From positions 1-64,000 of the IMG/VR virus record IMGVR_UViG_3300025133_000066: DNA of 64,000 nucleotides, one strand, 5' to 3'. Numbering within the stretch: position 1 is the stretch's first letter; every line of letters begins with the position of its first letter. Of the stretch, positions 1-10,743 are shown in pieces. A program made the translations under genes and the position numbers. Under the pieces are notes generated by a model. It saw only the letters and a program-made list of their open reading frames with translations, made no database searches and was not told where the DNA came from. This stretch comes from a virus.

Positions 1-19
1 GACATTTTATTTTCCTTTA

Positions 20-784
20 TTAATCGCTGGGGGGAATGGGTGCGAAGTAGTCGACCCCGGAGTTGGCGGTCGCGGCCGCCGTTTTGGCTTCTTTTTTCTT
101 CGTTGCATTTGCGCTTGTATCGTTAGAGTCATCCGCTCCGCGAGTCGCGGCAATTGTGAGATACCTTCTATCGGGGTAAAGAATCGCACCACTAAAAGTA
201 ACAAGAACCTTAGAGGGAACTATGCCCTTGGCCCCGAGCTTCATCGATGCTTTACTTGCCGCAACATTAGTACTCTGTGCGCCACCTCCTTGAGTAAAAG
301 CACTAATGGTTCTGGCTCTATCTCCGAAGTCTATGCTTAAGCTAGTGGGAGCTACTATATATGGCGCGCCGCCAAACTGAGCGGTAGTTTCAACACCAGT
401 CGAGTTTAAATAAGTTTCGTTTGCACCGACGACAACCAAGACAAGCGGAGACTGTTTTATAGCTCCCCCTTGATATATTGGCCGACACAATTTAGATATT
501 CTCTCAAGCCAGATATTTAAAGAGTCCAAAGCAGTGACTTTCTTGGTTCCTTGGTAGTCTTTCCCCTCCACCAAGGGAAAAGTTAAAGACATCGTTTCAC
601 CACTTGATTTATAGCTCTGAATAGGATCCTGGCGTCCATAAACGGAGACTCCCTCCCACTCTATACTGTATGATATGGAAAAACTATCAAGGCCGCTCAG
701 CCCTACAAGGAATGCCTGATCTCGGTCGCTCTGTTTTTTTATTATGGGATATTTTGCGATGTATACTCCTACGGAATCGGGCAT
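20..784 (-). CDS. Baseplate hub/tube-initiator-like protein (gp48/CIS tube-like)
   Basis: Directly follows the tape measure; 'WEGVSVYGRQDPIQSYKSSGETMSLTF' resembles contractile-tail tube/hub proteins. Confidence 0.5.
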   Translation of the reverse strand: MPDSVGVYIAKYPIIKKQSDRDQAFLVGLSGLDSFSISYSIEWEGVSVYGRQDPIQSYKSSGETMSLTFPLVEGKDYQGTKKVTALDSLNIWLERISKLCRPIYQGGAIKQSPLVLVVVGANETYLNSTGVETTAQFGGAPYIVAPTSLSIDFGDRARTISAFTQGGGAQSTNVAASKASMKLGAKGIVPSKVLVTFSGAILYPDRRYLTIAATRGADDSNDTSANATKKKEAKTAAATANSGVDYFAPIPPSD

Positions 785-3442
785 TTATTTCTTACTCCTT
801 GTTTTCTGGCCACTATTTGAACTAGTGGAAAGTCCCGAACTTGCTGCATCTGCTGCTGATCCGAAATTAGAGCTTTTGCCCGCTAATCTTCGTTCCATAC
901 CTTTGGCAAAGAAATCAAACATATTTGATAAACTTGTTTTGCTCTCAATCATAAGTTCTATTTGTTGTACTCGATCTTTGTCTCGTGCATTTAAGGCCAG
1001 TGTAACTTGTCGGCCGACTTCCTTCCCAATCGTCTCGGCGTTTTCTCGTTGTTGGTCTCTTCGAGCTTTGTCAGCACCTTGGACGCCGCCGCCACCTATC
1101 GTTTTTGTGGTTGCAGTCGCGCTTATTCCCACATCGCCTCCGCCGAAGAAAGAAGATAAATACCCGAAAGCCTTTCCAGCTATACCGCCGACCGAGAGGA
1201 GTTTTCCAAGTTGTTTTAGTTTTGTTATAAGGCTCCCTATGGCTTTCACTGGGGCCTTAAATACGGTGCCCATGGTTTTCATTAAGTCTATGACCCATTG
1301 GAGAGCCTCTCCAAGAGACAGGCTGTGTTTTGCAGTGATCGAGTCTTTTAGTGCTGTGAACCCGTCACTAAACGAATACAGCCAACTTACCAACTTCATC
1401 ACCCAAATCCCCAGTTTGATTATGAGTACAATAACTACTCCTATGGCGATGGGAATGATGTTCAACATCACGATGGCGGTGGCCAGTCCCGCCGTGATCC
1501 CGTATATTAGCGCCCGGAAGGCCTTCGATGTATTCCAGAGATGGTTTATCCGAAGGACAACGAGCGTAATGCTCTCAGCAAGTTCAATAAGAAAAGTTCC
1601 AACAGTAAGAATTGCGTCGGCTAACTGATTCATAAAAAATGCTCCTATTGCCTTCCATACTCCTGCGCCCTCGCCGGCACTCCATGTCATTTCATTCCAA
1701 GCCTCAGTGAGTTCCTCAAACCGGGGTTGTAAAGGTTCGAGGATCTTTCCGATATAAGCCATTATGTCATTCCAATATACAAATACTTGAATAAGGGCGT
1801 ATATGATGCCGATTAATGGCATCGCGGCGGAGACTATAAGCAGTAACCCCAATTTAAGCGCTGACATTGTTAAGTTAGTGCTATCAAAAATATCTCCCAA
1901 ATTTCCCAGATAAGAATACAACATCGCCATGGCTATGATGAATGCGGAGATAGCAGCAGTGGCTGCCTGGAAAGCGGCGAAGGTGCCGCCGGAGGCAATT
2001 GCGATGGAAACGGCGATGGCCGTCATCGCAATGGAGATCGCTACGGCCAGCGCGGCGAAGGCCACTTTAACAACGGGGAAATAATTAACTAATTGAATGA
2101 AGCCACCTAGCATTTTCTTTATACCCATAATAACTGGGCCCATTTGAACCGCAAACATACGCATCACCTGTCTTCCAACATCAGCGACAGTATTGAATTC
2201 TTGAGTTTGTAATGCCAGAGCTTCAATTTCTGATGAGGTTTTCGCCACATTATCTCCAACAAGATTAAATTTGCCAGCCATAACCAAGGCCAGTTCGTTG
2301 ACATCTGAAAGACCCATTGCATCTGCGGTTGCTTTTCTTTCATAATAACCCATTGTGTCAAATGATTTTCCCGCCTGTCTGGTGGCGTCTGAAAGCATTT
2401 TCATTCTATCTGTAGGATCGGTTTTTCTTAACATTTCCAATGAACTAAGATAAGGACCACCAAGAACCGCGTTCAACTTTCCAACCGAATCAGCGGCGGA
2501 TCCGAATTCGTCGAATTTCTCTGTGATTCTCAACATCGCGTCAACGGACATTCCTGCTGCCTTGGCGTTCCTTGCCATTTTATTAAAAACATCTGCGCTT
2601 TTATTTCCGAAAGCTGCAAGTCTTGGCAATGCTGCATTAAATTCTTTCGACATTTCCGATGGAGGCTTTCCCATGGCCTGAGCTAAAACAAACATTTCTC
2701 TTTGGGTCTTGGTGGCCTGATCCATACTCATTCCAAGGCCCATGGTTAAAGAATTAATATTTGATGTAGTAGTATCGGCATCTACACCCAGTTCTTGTAA
2801 GGTAGCCGTTGTGAGGGCTAGGGATTTTTGAGATTTTCCGGACATTGTATGCAAGTTGCCCACATTTCTAACCATTGATCCATATGATTCTGCCACATCT
2901 TCTATGGTAATATTATTTCTAAATTGCTCCTTTTCAAGATTTACCATCTGGTGTTGATACATTCTTAGGGCGCCAGTTGATTTATTAAAGTTTACCATGG
3001 CGCGGTCTGTAGAAATGGCCAAGTCCGCAGATGATTGTATCATTTTCTGCATGACATTGTTTATTAAATTCGCGGGATGAAAAGTTTTCTTCAACTGTTC
3101 TTTGAACTTTCCTTGTGCAACGGTACTGCTCATCATGTTGGATAGTTGACCAGCGAGAGTATCATTGAAATCTTTATTTATTCCAATAAGTTTGCCGAGG
3201 CCCTTGGCTAATTCTGTGCCCGAGGCGGTGGCAGCCTTAAGCGCTGCGGCCTCAGCATCTATTGCGGAGATGGTTCTCCCAGAAGAATCTACAAAATTCT
3301 CTCTTTCTTCATTTAGTCTTATCAGGGCCGCTGTCTCGGCCTCGGTGGCTTCTCCTGAGGCCAGTTTTTCTGCAATTAGGGATTTTAACGCATCTCTTTC
3401 CGCGTCAATGTGTTCTATTGTTCTGGTATCGTCTTCTGCCAT
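785..3442 (-). CDS. Tail tape measure protein (885 aa)
   Basis: Long Ala/Met-rich helical protein with hydrophobic segments in the C-terminal half, downstream of tube and chaperone genes. Confidence 0.85.
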   Translation of the reverse strand: MAEDDTRTIEHIDAERDALKSLIAEKLASGEATEAETAALIRLNEERENFVDSSGRTISAIDAEAAALKAATASGTELAKGLGKLIGINKDFNDTLAGQLSNMMSSTVAQGKFKEQLKKTFHPANLINNVMQKMIQSSADLAISTDRAMVNFNKSTGALRMYQHQMVNLEKEQFRNNITIEDVAESYGSMVRNVGNLHTMSGKSQKSLALTTATLQELGVDADTTTSNINSLTMGLGMSMDQATKTQREMFVLAQAMGKPPSEMSKEFNAALPRLAAFGNKSADVFNKMARNAKAAGMSVDAMLRITEKFDEFGSAADSVGKLNAVLGGPYLSSLEMLRKTDPTDRMKMLSDATRQAGKSFDTMGYYERKATADAMGLSDVNELALVMAGKFNLVGDNVAKTSSEIEALALQTQEFNTVADVGRQVMRMFAVQMGPVIMGIKKMLGGFIQLVNYFPVVKVAFAALAVAISIAMTAIAVSIAIASGGTFAAFQAATAAISAFIIAMAMLYSYLGNLGDIFDSTNLTMSALKLGLLLIVSAAMPLIGIIYALIQVFVYWNDIMAYIGKILEPLQPRFEELTEAWNEMTWSAGEGAGVWKAIGAFFMNQLADAILTVGTFLIELAESITLVVLRINHLWNTSKAFRALIYGITAGLATAIVMLNIIPIAIGVVIVLIIKLGIWVMKLVSWLYSFSDGFTALKDSITAKHSLSLGEALQWVIDLMKTMGTVFKAPVKAIGSLITKLKQLGKLLSVGGIAGKAFGYLSSFFGGGDVGISATATTKTIGGGGVQGADKARRDQQRENAETIGKEVGRQVTLALNARDKDRVQQIELMIESKTSLSNMFDFFAKGMERRLAGKSSNFGSAADAASSGLSTSSNSGQKTRSKK

Positions 3443-3464
3443 TAATTAAAAATTCCTGTTCCCT

Positions 3465-3797
3465 CTATTTAAAGGGCCACTTAATCCCCGTTCTCTTCTC
3501 AAATCCTTGAATTGCCTTTTGTAACTTGCCTCTTTGCTTATAAGTTTTTGGATCATTTAATCCATATTCTTTTGCCATTTGGACATACTTCTTTTCATTT
3601 CCAACGGCTCTGGCAAAGTCACGAACATCTTGGGGTTTCCCCTTTATATAGCTTGAAGATCCAAAAATTGGCATCCCAAACATTTCTTTTAAGATCATTT
3701 CAATAACATTTCCATACATAGCCAACCAACTTTCATTAAGCTGGTTTTGGTTCTTTTTTAATTCTTCTAAATCTATTTCTAAAATTTGTTCTTCCAT
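3465..3797 (-). CDS. Hypothetical protein (110 aa)
   Basis: ORF with AGGAA SD in the tail operon. Confidence 0.7.
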   Translation of the reverse strand: MEEQILEIDLEELKKNQNQLNESWLAMYGNVIEMILKEMFGMPIFGSSSYIKGKPQDVRDFARAVGNEKKYVQMAKEYGLNDPKTYKQRGKLQKAIQGFEKRTGIKWPFK

Positions 3798-3813
3798 AAT
3801 TTATTTTCCTACT

Positions 3814-4683
3814 TTATGAGTTATCTGTGCCGGTGGGTTGGACTACTGGAATTATTTCGTCTTCTTCGTTTTCGTCAGTTGCGGGGGTGTCGGGCTTATT
3901 CGAATCGGCTGCTGGGTCTGCTAGGAGATTTGTTTTTTCGTCTGGGCCGATTCCCAAAGCCCCGATATTGAATACCATTTTTGCTTCTACAATTTCAGAA
4001 TCTCCATATGCCAACTCGCCTAAATCTAAACTTATGGGAGTTATATTATAATAAGTAATCTGAGTTTTTTCTGAAGTAACCCCAGGCCGGAAGAAAGGTT
4101 TTGGCAGTTCATCTAGTTCCTTGGCGACAAGGGGATCGTAATGTCTCGCTGTCGTTGTCGAACTAACCAACGTTACGACTATTCTAGATTTTTTTCTGAA
4201 ATATTCTTGGACGGCTAGTGTGCCCGTTCCTCCGGTTTGAAAGATAACTGGCGCCGATTTACCGATCGGCATTCCATTACTGTCCTTTGATGTGAAATCT
4301 GCATAATAAGTAAAATAAGCTTGTCTCAAAGATAATGCCAGAGCCCTTGTTAAATAAAAGGTAATAGTAAGATCATCGATCTTCGCGTCCTGAGCCTGGA
4401 GAGAAACTGAATCGTTTGTGTTCATGGCACCCATTTTATTCTCAAAGGAACCCAATTGTGTAGTGGGGAGATCGATGGACTTAATCAGATGTTGGGCTGG
4501 TCGCCAAGGCCTGGGATTTGAAATAGTACCATCCCTATTGATGCGGCCCTTGTAAAGATGTAAATCAACAACAAATTTAAATTTTTGAACCGGTTCTTGG
4601 ATCTCAGAATTATAGTTATACGGATCAATATCTGTCCACAGCGCGATGTGTTGCTTTGTTCCCGATATACTCCTCTTGGTCAT
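3814..4683 (-). CDS. Second tail-tube-fold protein (gp19/gp54-like); likely start MTKRS at 4683
   Basis: EPVQKFKF..IKSIDLP..ITFY..PISLDLGELAY parallels the tube protein's DPKRKYRF..KTVDKP..LGFGDLDY; AAGGA SD and ACTATTTA motif precede ATG 4683. Confidence 0.6.
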   Translation of the reverse strand: MTKRSISGTKQHIALWTDIDPYNYNSEIQEPVQKFKFVVDLHLYKGRINRDGTISNPRPWRPAQHLIKSIDLPTTQLGSFENKMGAMNTNDSVSLQAQDAKIDDLTITFYLTRALALSLRQAYFTYYADFTSKDSNGMPIGKSAPVIFQTGGTGTLAVQEYFRKKSRIVVTLVSSTTTARHYDPLVAKELDELPKPFFRPGVTSEKTQITYYNITPISLDLGELAYGDSEIVEAKMVFNIGALGIGPDEKTNLLADPAADSNKPDTPATDENEEDEIIPVVQPTGTDNS

Positions 4684-4732
4684 GATAAAATATTCCTTTA
4701 CTCTAAATAGTAAAAAATCCAAGAAATATAGT

Positions 4733-4912
4733 TTATCTCTGGGATTTTTTCATTTGGTCTGCTTCTTTTTGAATTTCTTCTGCAAGTCTCTTTAAAAACC
4801 ACCTGCGAATCAAGACGGGAAGGTTGTAGGCTTCCATAAAGCTCCACCCTCCGTAATATTTCATTGCAAAGAATTCTTCATAAACATTTTTTATGTATTC
4901 ATCACTTAGGCC
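4733..4912 (-). CDS. C-terminal extension of the tail assembly chaperone (gp51/GT-like), probably reached by frameshift
   Basis: EEFFAMKYYGGWSFMEAYNLPVLIRRWFLKRL is typical of chaperone downstream ORFs; no good start of its own; overlaps the upstream gene at a U7 run. Confidence 0.65.
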   Translation of the reverse strand, partial: GLSDEYIKNVYEEFFAMKYYGGWSFMEAYNLPVLIRRWFLKRLAEEIQKEADQMKKSQR

Positions 4913-5753
4913 AAAAAAAGTCCGTAGTAAACGGCACCTCCAGGACCGTTCGATAATTACAGTTATCACACTCAAAGTCGTGTGACATATCAATATTGGG
5001 AGTATTTCTTGCGTAAACCGCCCTCAGATAATGGAGATCTTTTGCTGGGACTCCGCCGATGAATTCATCCAATATACTTTTAGAAGAATCTTTATTAATA
5101 GAAACTATGATTGTCTTAAGTGTATCTGTTAAGATTGTTTCTAACAACTTCTTTTTTTGTTTAGACTGCTGAAGTCTGGCTAGGTGCATTTCTTCTTTAC
5201 CAGTTAATAGTTTTACTTCGACTTCTATTTTTGTCAAAGGCAAATTGATGAGCATTGTGTTTTCTTCTGTCCAGGTGACTTCTTCATCGTCCTGAATCGG
5301 CTCTGCCACCACTTCCGAAAGATCATACTCATAATCTCCAGTTTGCATGCACGAAGGACAGCTTATTTTTGTGTTATATTCTGGCCCGTAACCCGTTATT
5401 CGAGAAGCAATCAATATTGCATTTCTATCTCCGGTAAGCATATCGCCTGGCCTGATTCTCTTATCAACAATAATACTCTTAAGGAGTCTTTCTAGGGCGA
5501 CACCCTGCTTTATAAGTGTCTTAGAAGATAAAATGTCTTCTTCTTTTGCAGTCATATATTTAATTTCAATTGTTTCTTCACCACTCAAAGGATGATCGGG
5601 TGGATAAAACCTTCCTTGCGATGGTAATTCCACAAAATCCGTTGGTGTTGCAAAATTAAGTCCTCCCTCTGTCAGCGCTGCAACAGAGTCAGGAGTTGAA
5701 GGGGTTGAAGGCTCTAGGTCTTTGCCGAGCCTCCCCTTAGTATTTCTAGCCAA
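4902..5753 (-). CDS. Baseplate hub/tail assembly chaperone (T4 gp26-like), two CxxC pairs
   Basis: VELPSQGRFYP, MTAKEEDIL, GDRNAILIASR, CPSC and CDNC motifs; lies right after the tail tube gene. Confidence 0.75.
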   Translation of the reverse strand: MARNTKGRLGKDLEPSTPSTPDSVAALTEGGLNFATPTDFVELPSQGRFYPPDHPLSGEETIEIKYMTAKEEDILSSKTLIKQGVALERLLKSIIVDKRIRPGDMLTGDRNAILIASRITGYGPEYNTKISCPSCMQTGDYEYDLSEVVAEPIQDDEEVTWTEENTMLINLPLTKIEVEVKLLTGKEEMHLARLQQSKQKKKLLETILTDTLKTIIVSINKDSSKSILDEFIGGVPAKDLHYLRAVYARNTPNIDMSHDFECDNCNYRTVLEVPFTTDFFWPK

Positions 5754-5805
5754 TTTTCACCTCTATGTTTATATTGCTATATTTTAAAATTTTAAAACCC
5801 CGAAA

Positions 5806-6375
5806 TCACTCAGCTTGACTTCCGCCGAAGATACCCTTGCTTCCGCCGGCTTCCAATTCAGCCCAATCATATCTAAATGTCATAGAAATTTCCGTTAAGT
5901 CTTCAGAAGTATAATCCAAATCACCGAATCCCAATTTTGTCAAAAATGCGTTATTTAGTGTCCACTTTTCGATTTCACTTCCTACTGAATCAATTTGAGA
6001 AATTATAACTCGGAAAGCATGTATTTTGGAGGGAGAGGAGGGATTTACAGCGGCATTTTTAGGACCAAGATAGCCCATATTTTCAAGCAATTTGGTGGTT
6101 GCTCGTGCACCATCTGGCATAACGGGATCAACCAGTACTAGATTAACCTCATTCCACTCTACTGTACCAGGATAATAAAATTTATGGGCCATAAAGTTAA
6201 CTTCACCAGTATTAATGGTTATTTCAGGCTTATCGACAGTTTTCGCAAACCAAATTACACCAGCAGTCTCTAGGGCAGTTCCTGTTGCGGCCCCAGAAGC
6301 TAGCTCAACTTTAAATCTATATTTTCTTTTCGGATCGACTTCCGCGCTTGTCCAAAATTCTTTAGCACCTGCCAT
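5806..6375 (-). CDS. gp19: Tail tube protein
   Basis: DPKRKYRF, YYPGTVEW, EKWTLNNAF, GDLDY..FRYDWA; follows the sheath gene. Confidence 0.85.
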   Translation of the reverse strand: MAGAKEFWTSAEVDPKRKYRFKVELASGAATGTALETAGVIWFAKTVDKPEITINTGEVNFMAHKFYYPGTVEWNEVNLVLVDPVMPDGARATTKLLENMGYLGPKNAAVNPSSPSKIHAFRVIISQIDSVGSEIEKWTLNNAFLTKLGFGDLDYTSEDLTEISMTFRYDWAELEAGGSKGIFGGSQAE

Positions 6376-6419
6376 AATTAAAATCTCCCATTCTATTATA
6401 TATAGTTGTTTTTTCCATT

Positions 6420-9278
6420 TTAATCCTCAAAACCTGCACCCTGATTTGTAATTACAAAATCAAGTGCGATAAACTCGATTGCTTTGGCGGGCTTCAGGAA
6501 AATTTTGGCATACATAATATTACGATCAACCAAATCTGGTGTAGTTGTTGTATTATCCAAAACCAACCTGTAATCACTCAAGCCCAGTCTTGTTTCTACA
6601 CTTGCCAAGAACGGCTCTGCGATTGCCTTGAACCTATTCCAAGTAACTTCGACATTCTGGTCAAACAAGATAGTGTTGGCAAAAATGGATATTTGCTTCT
6701 TAACAAAAATCAACATTCTCCTAACATTAATTCTATCTAATGCAGACGGGGTTACTTGAAGAGTTTTCTGTCCGAAGATTACGATTCCCTCATTCGGGAA
6801 AGATGCAATCGGATTAATGTTCGCATCGTAAAGTGTGTCACGATTTTTTGAAGTCAATCTTTGACTAACATTCAAAACAGGCAAGCCTGACGAACCGCCA
6901 GATAGACCACCGCGATTAAACCCAGCCGGTGCAAACCAAACTTCTGAAACTGCATCAGAGGAAGCGAGTGTTCCCAGGACGACAACAGAAGGGGGTACCC
7001 ACAAACGATTGTTTGAGGTAACTGTATCTTGAATCTGAACCCATGGATAATAAGTACACCCGTAGGAACTATCAATCTGCCTTTGCTCTAAATTCAAAAC
7101 CGCCTGAGAAACGGTTCCCGCTCGACTAGCAGGATTGGAATATGCTGCGGCAGTTTCAGTAAATGGTGTATAAACTTCGGGAATGTCGATGAGTGCTAAT
7201 GCGTCGGCCCTGTCTTCGCAGGTTTCAATAAGATTTGTTGTAATGTTTGTATTAGTAATGCCTGGAATAGTTACCATATTACAATTAATTGTTTCGGGAT
7301 CCGCGATAACTTCTATAGCGGTCCTAAGTGTATTCATTGCGTAATTGGTATTTCTATTTGGGGTGTCATCTAACAATTTATTTCTAAACGGCTCGATTTC
7401 TACGATCTCCAATCCGTCAAACCCGCCGTATAGTGGCGCGGTGAAACGAGTCCATCCAGAGTCTATAACATCTCTCCAACTTCCTGTGGCGGAATACGAG
7501 GTACCCGCTGCTCTACTTGAAGCTGAGTAGTGAGCATAATTTTTACCAAGCGGCTGGACCACATCATCTAACGAAAATCTCCACATTGGCTCTACCATTG
7601 TGTCAGTAACGGCTGCTGGAAGAGGGTATACATAATCTGGATATCCGGTTCCAGGGACGGAACTGGCATACGCCAATGTTGAATTCTCTAAATAGGGTGT
7701 GGCTGTCATGCCGAAATAGGCATCCGTTTCGGCATATAAATTGCCGGCAGAAGATGAATTCCTGAGTATCATTTCTGGGAATTTTAATGATGCCGAATAG
7801 TCGGTAATAACCGATCCTGTGGCGATCATATATCCTGTGCCGGCTGCTAAATCATCTGGAGAGGTGGTGGTGTCTTCTACGATCGTCGCAGGATCGATAG
7901 ATGTGCTGACATCAACATCTACAAATTTGTCTGGGCCGTTTACTCCAAATGGTAGGAAATCCGCATTTGCGATACCATTTCTAACGGTATCGTTAACTTC
8001 TACTCTTACATATTTAGATGCATTCGGATATTCTCCATACTCTCTCATTAATTTTACTGATTGATCCCAGACACTATACCTATCACCAATTTTCTTTGCA
8101 ATGTAATTATCTGATAACGGATTTAAGTTAACATTTGAAAATCGCTCTACAATTTTAACAACCTTGTCAGTATCATCTACCTTACGAAGAACGACGGTAA
8201 ACGAACCATAATTGTTTGTGCCAGTTGTACTTCTTGAATAAGTGAGACCCTGAATGGAAACTTTTATATTATCTTGAACCCATTTTCCAGGTTCTGTTGC
8301 ATGAAGTCTAAATAGTTTCTGCATATTCTCTGGCTGATAGGATGCCGTTGCAGTTGATAGATCTTGTGAGAAGAACCAACCGGTTTTTGCCTTTGTAAAA
8401 TCTTGTGTGTAGTCTGCTTTAGCCGCCAAGTCGAATGGCATTATCAAACCATATGAACTATCATTAAGATTTCCTAAATCAAGTTGCTTTTGGATGAAGG
8501 ACTCATAAGTCTCTCCGAGCCAATAAACACTTTCCCCGAGGTTATAAGAGCCGGCCGGCAAAACACCGCCTAGTGTCTGGGGGTTTGTATTAAATACTTT
8601 TCTAATAAATGTTCTAGAAGAAGGATCAAAGTTGAAGGTTGTCTTATAAACTTCGGCGCCAGTGGTGTCTTTAATATAAGCCTGATAGTCGGGGCCCTTT
8701 GAAGAACCAATATCGCTAGATGGGTCGATTAGTCCACCGACACCACCAACCAGAGTGGCTCCTCCTGCAAGAGTTCCGGAAAGCCCTACGGCTCCCCCAT
8801 TATATATATACCAAATTGCAGCCAGATAGGCATTCTTGGTGCCCGAACCCGATTGGCACAGATACATCCCATATGCACCGGCATTTGATAATACCGAGCC
8901 GGATACATCACCTTGGACAGCCCAGCCGGCCTCCCCTCCTGTACCGACATCTTCACTAGCTAATCCAGCTAGTCTAACAATGCTCATAGAATCGGTACTA
9001 TTTCTTAAATAAGCCTGTGCGGCGTATGAGGCATAAGTTGGACCTTGATAGTTTCCGGTGCGCCACACATCTCCTGTTGCTTTTCCCGGAACAGGATTGC
9101 CAAACACTTCAACAAATTGAGAAAAAGAATCAATCTTTACTGGTTCCATTGCTGGGCCTTGTGGCAGTCTACCTATAACTATTGGGCCCGAGGGTGTCTC
9201 AACTGCTGGCAGTTGGGAATTGTCGATCTCTCGCGTAAATACGCCTGGGGACACAAATTTAAATTTTTTAACTGACAT
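6420..9278 (-). CDS. gp18: Tail sheath protein (952 aa)
   Basis: FVSPGVFTREID N-terminus; WFAPAGFNRG, INPIASFP, GQKTLQ, ALDRINVRR, KPAKAIEFI. Confidence 0.95.
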   Translation of the reverse strand: MSVKKFKFVSPGVFTREIDNSQLPAVETPSGPIVIGRLPQGPAMEPVKIDSFSQFVEVFGNPVPGKATGDVWRTGNYQGPTYASYAAQAYLRNSTDSMSIVRLAGLASEDVGTGGEAGWAVQGDVSGSVLSNAGAYGMYLCQSGSGTKNAYLAAIWYIYNGGAVGLSGTLAGGATLVGGVGGLIDPSSDIGSSKGPDYQAYIKDTTGAEVYKTTFNFDPSSRTFIRKVFNTNPQTLGGVLPAGSYNLGESVYWLGETYESFIQKQLDLGNLNDSSYGLIMPFDLAAKADYTQDFTKAKTGWFFSQDLSTATASYQPENMQKLFRLHATEPGKWVQDNIKVSIQGLTYSRSTTGTNNYGSFTVVLRKVDDTDKVVKIVERFSNVNLNPLSDNYIAKKIGDRYSVWDQSVKLMREYGEYPNASKYVRVEVNDTVRNGIANADFLPFGVNGPDKFVDVDVSTSIDPATIVEDTTTSPDDLAAGTGYMIATGSVITDYSASLKFPEMILRNSSSAGNLYAETDAYFGMTATPYLENSTLAYASSVPGTGYPDYVYPLPAAVTDTMVEPMWRFSLDDVVQPLGKNYAHYSASSRAAGTSYSATGSWRDVIDSGWTRFTAPLYGGFDGLEIVEIEPFRNKLLDDTPNRNTNYAMNTLRTAIEVIADPETINCNMVTIPGITNTNITTNLIETCEDRADALALIDIPEVYTPFTETAAAYSNPASRAGTVSQAVLNLEQRQIDSSYGCTYYPWVQIQDTVTSNNRLWVPPSVVVLGTLASSDAVSEVWFAPAGFNRGGLSGGSSGLPVLNVSQRLTSKNRDTLYDANINPIASFPNEGIVIFGQKTLQVTPSALDRINVRRMLIFVKKQISIFANTILFDQNVEVTWNRFKAIAEPFLASVETRLGLSDYRLVLDNTTTTPDLVDRNIMYAKIFLKPAKAIEFIALDFVITNQGAGFED

Positions 9279-9359
9279 CTAAGGGATTCTCCTCTAAATC
9301 TAGATTACTTTATCACATAATAAATAGTTCATTGAATTGCGAAAGCCTCAATTAATATT

Positions 9360-9857
9360 TTAAGAAACTACTTTGAAATTCATTAATCCTTTTCGAGATT
9401 TAATGCATTTGGCACTTAGTTGAAATCTCGCCTCAACTTGTCCAAATATTTCCCTCTCTTCTGTGAGTGTGACAATCTCAAAGAAAGAGGAGCCATACTG
9501 TATATAGTCTCCTTCTCTCACATAAAGGTCCTGATCTTCAAATAATCTTCTTTCATGAAACCTAACGGTTAGAGAGTAGGTTTTATCCAGACCATAATTT
9601 TCTGTGGCTGTCCCTATCCCGTCAAATTCAATCAGAACATATACCCTGACGGGTGCAAGGAAACATTTTTCTATTGCCTCGCCATACAGGGGGTGAAAAT
9701 TTGTTCTCTCAACGGAAAGCGGAAAATAGGTTATAGCTTGGCCAATGACTCGCTCCATAAGCTCGTCATTAACTTGCTTTACAAGGTTTCTCTCCTTTTC
9801 TCCAAGAAAAAGAGGCGGCGGTGGATTTGATGGTTTTTCCCACTTGTTCTCAGCCAT
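9360..9857 (-). CDS. Neck/head-closure protein (gp14-like)
   Basis: HPLYGEA, REGDYI, FFEI motifs; position between neck and sheath genes. Confidence 0.65.
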   Translation of the reverse strand: MAENKWEKPSNPPPPLFLGEKERNLVKQVNDELMERVIGQAITYFPLSVERTNFHPLYGEAIEKCFLAPVRVYVLIEFDGIGTATENYGLDKTYSLTVRFHERRLFEDQDLYVREGDYIQYGSSFFEIVTLTEEREIFGQVEARFQLSAKCIKSRKGLMNFKVVS

Positions 9858-9862
9858 AATTA

Positions 9863-10735
9863 TTAATATTCCTTCTTATCGCCCATTATTACTCTTTCTC
9901 TTACAAATTTAAATTCAGCGGCATTTTCTCTAATTGTGATTTTTGGTTGATCATCGTTCTTGTCGGCTCCCATTAAATATCCTAATATTTTTAAATCTAT
10001 CGTAGTTTGAAACTTTCTTTCTTCTTCTCCCAAATTGGAAATATTATTTTCTAAACCGAATTCGCCTTGTATAAAGCCCTCAAATCTATGACCGTCTTTA
10101 GTTATGAAAAAATTATTTATTTGCCCTGTACTAACGATAAAGGGTGTAAAAATTTCATTCATCTGTTGTTGATATTCCGTTGTTATCGTAACTTTATAAG
10201 TTGCCACAACATATGTGGGTAACGGGATGGTCATTATTTCATAAACGGTTTTTTCATTTTTGAAAGGATAGGTTTGCTGATTAAATTTTCTTCTTGCGTC
10301 TTTGTTGGCAAAATTTGCTGTCTTTTCCTGCTGGATTCTTCTTGCAACGGTAATTGTACCACCTTTCGCATCATTTCGGCGTGGAACATTGGCTTGGACA
10401 ACTCCCTTCATAGTTGGGTCTTTCGTTAATGAAGACCTTTCAACACTCATAACTGGGAATGTGAAAATATCATCCAGATTGCGCAACTCTTTATTTTCTT
10501 TTACCTGAAAGGCTCTTTCGGGCATTGACCATATAATAGGTACTTTCTTCCATCCATCATTTGTTGTGCAAAATATATTTAATTCTTCATTCAGCCACTC
10601 ATGAAGGGCATAATCAATTGTTTCGATGGTGGATGGCATAAAAGTAATTTCTTTTAGTGCAGGGACAGTGGCCTTTTTTTCCTCGGGAAAATAAGGTCTG
10701 AAATCGTCATCAAATTGGTCTTTTTTGCTGCTCAC
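9863..10735 (-). CDS. Tail terminator/sheath stabiliser (gp15-like)
   Basis: KVPIIWSMPERA and PTYVVATYKVTITTEYQQQMNEI match the gp15-type pattern. Confidence 0.65.
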   Translation of the reverse strand: MSSKKDQFDDDFRPYFPEEKKATVPALKEITFMPSTIETIDYALHEWLNEELNIFCTTNDGWKKVPIIWSMPERAFQVKENKELRNLDDIFTFPVMSVERSSLTKDPTMKGVVQANVPRRNDAKGGTITVARRIQQEKTANFANKDARRKFNQQTYPFKNEKTVYEIMTIPLPTYVVATYKVTITTEYQQQMNEIFTPFIVSTGQINNFFITKDGHRFEGFIQGEFGLENNISNLGEEERKFQTTIDLKILGYLMGADKNDDQPKITIRENAAEFKFVRERVIMGDKKEY

Positions 10736-10743
10736 TTATGTAT

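Noticed and set aside
744-1628. 294-aa plus-strand ORF
   Set aside because: Antisense shadow of the tape measure gene; no recognisable motifs, and all credible genes are on the minus strand
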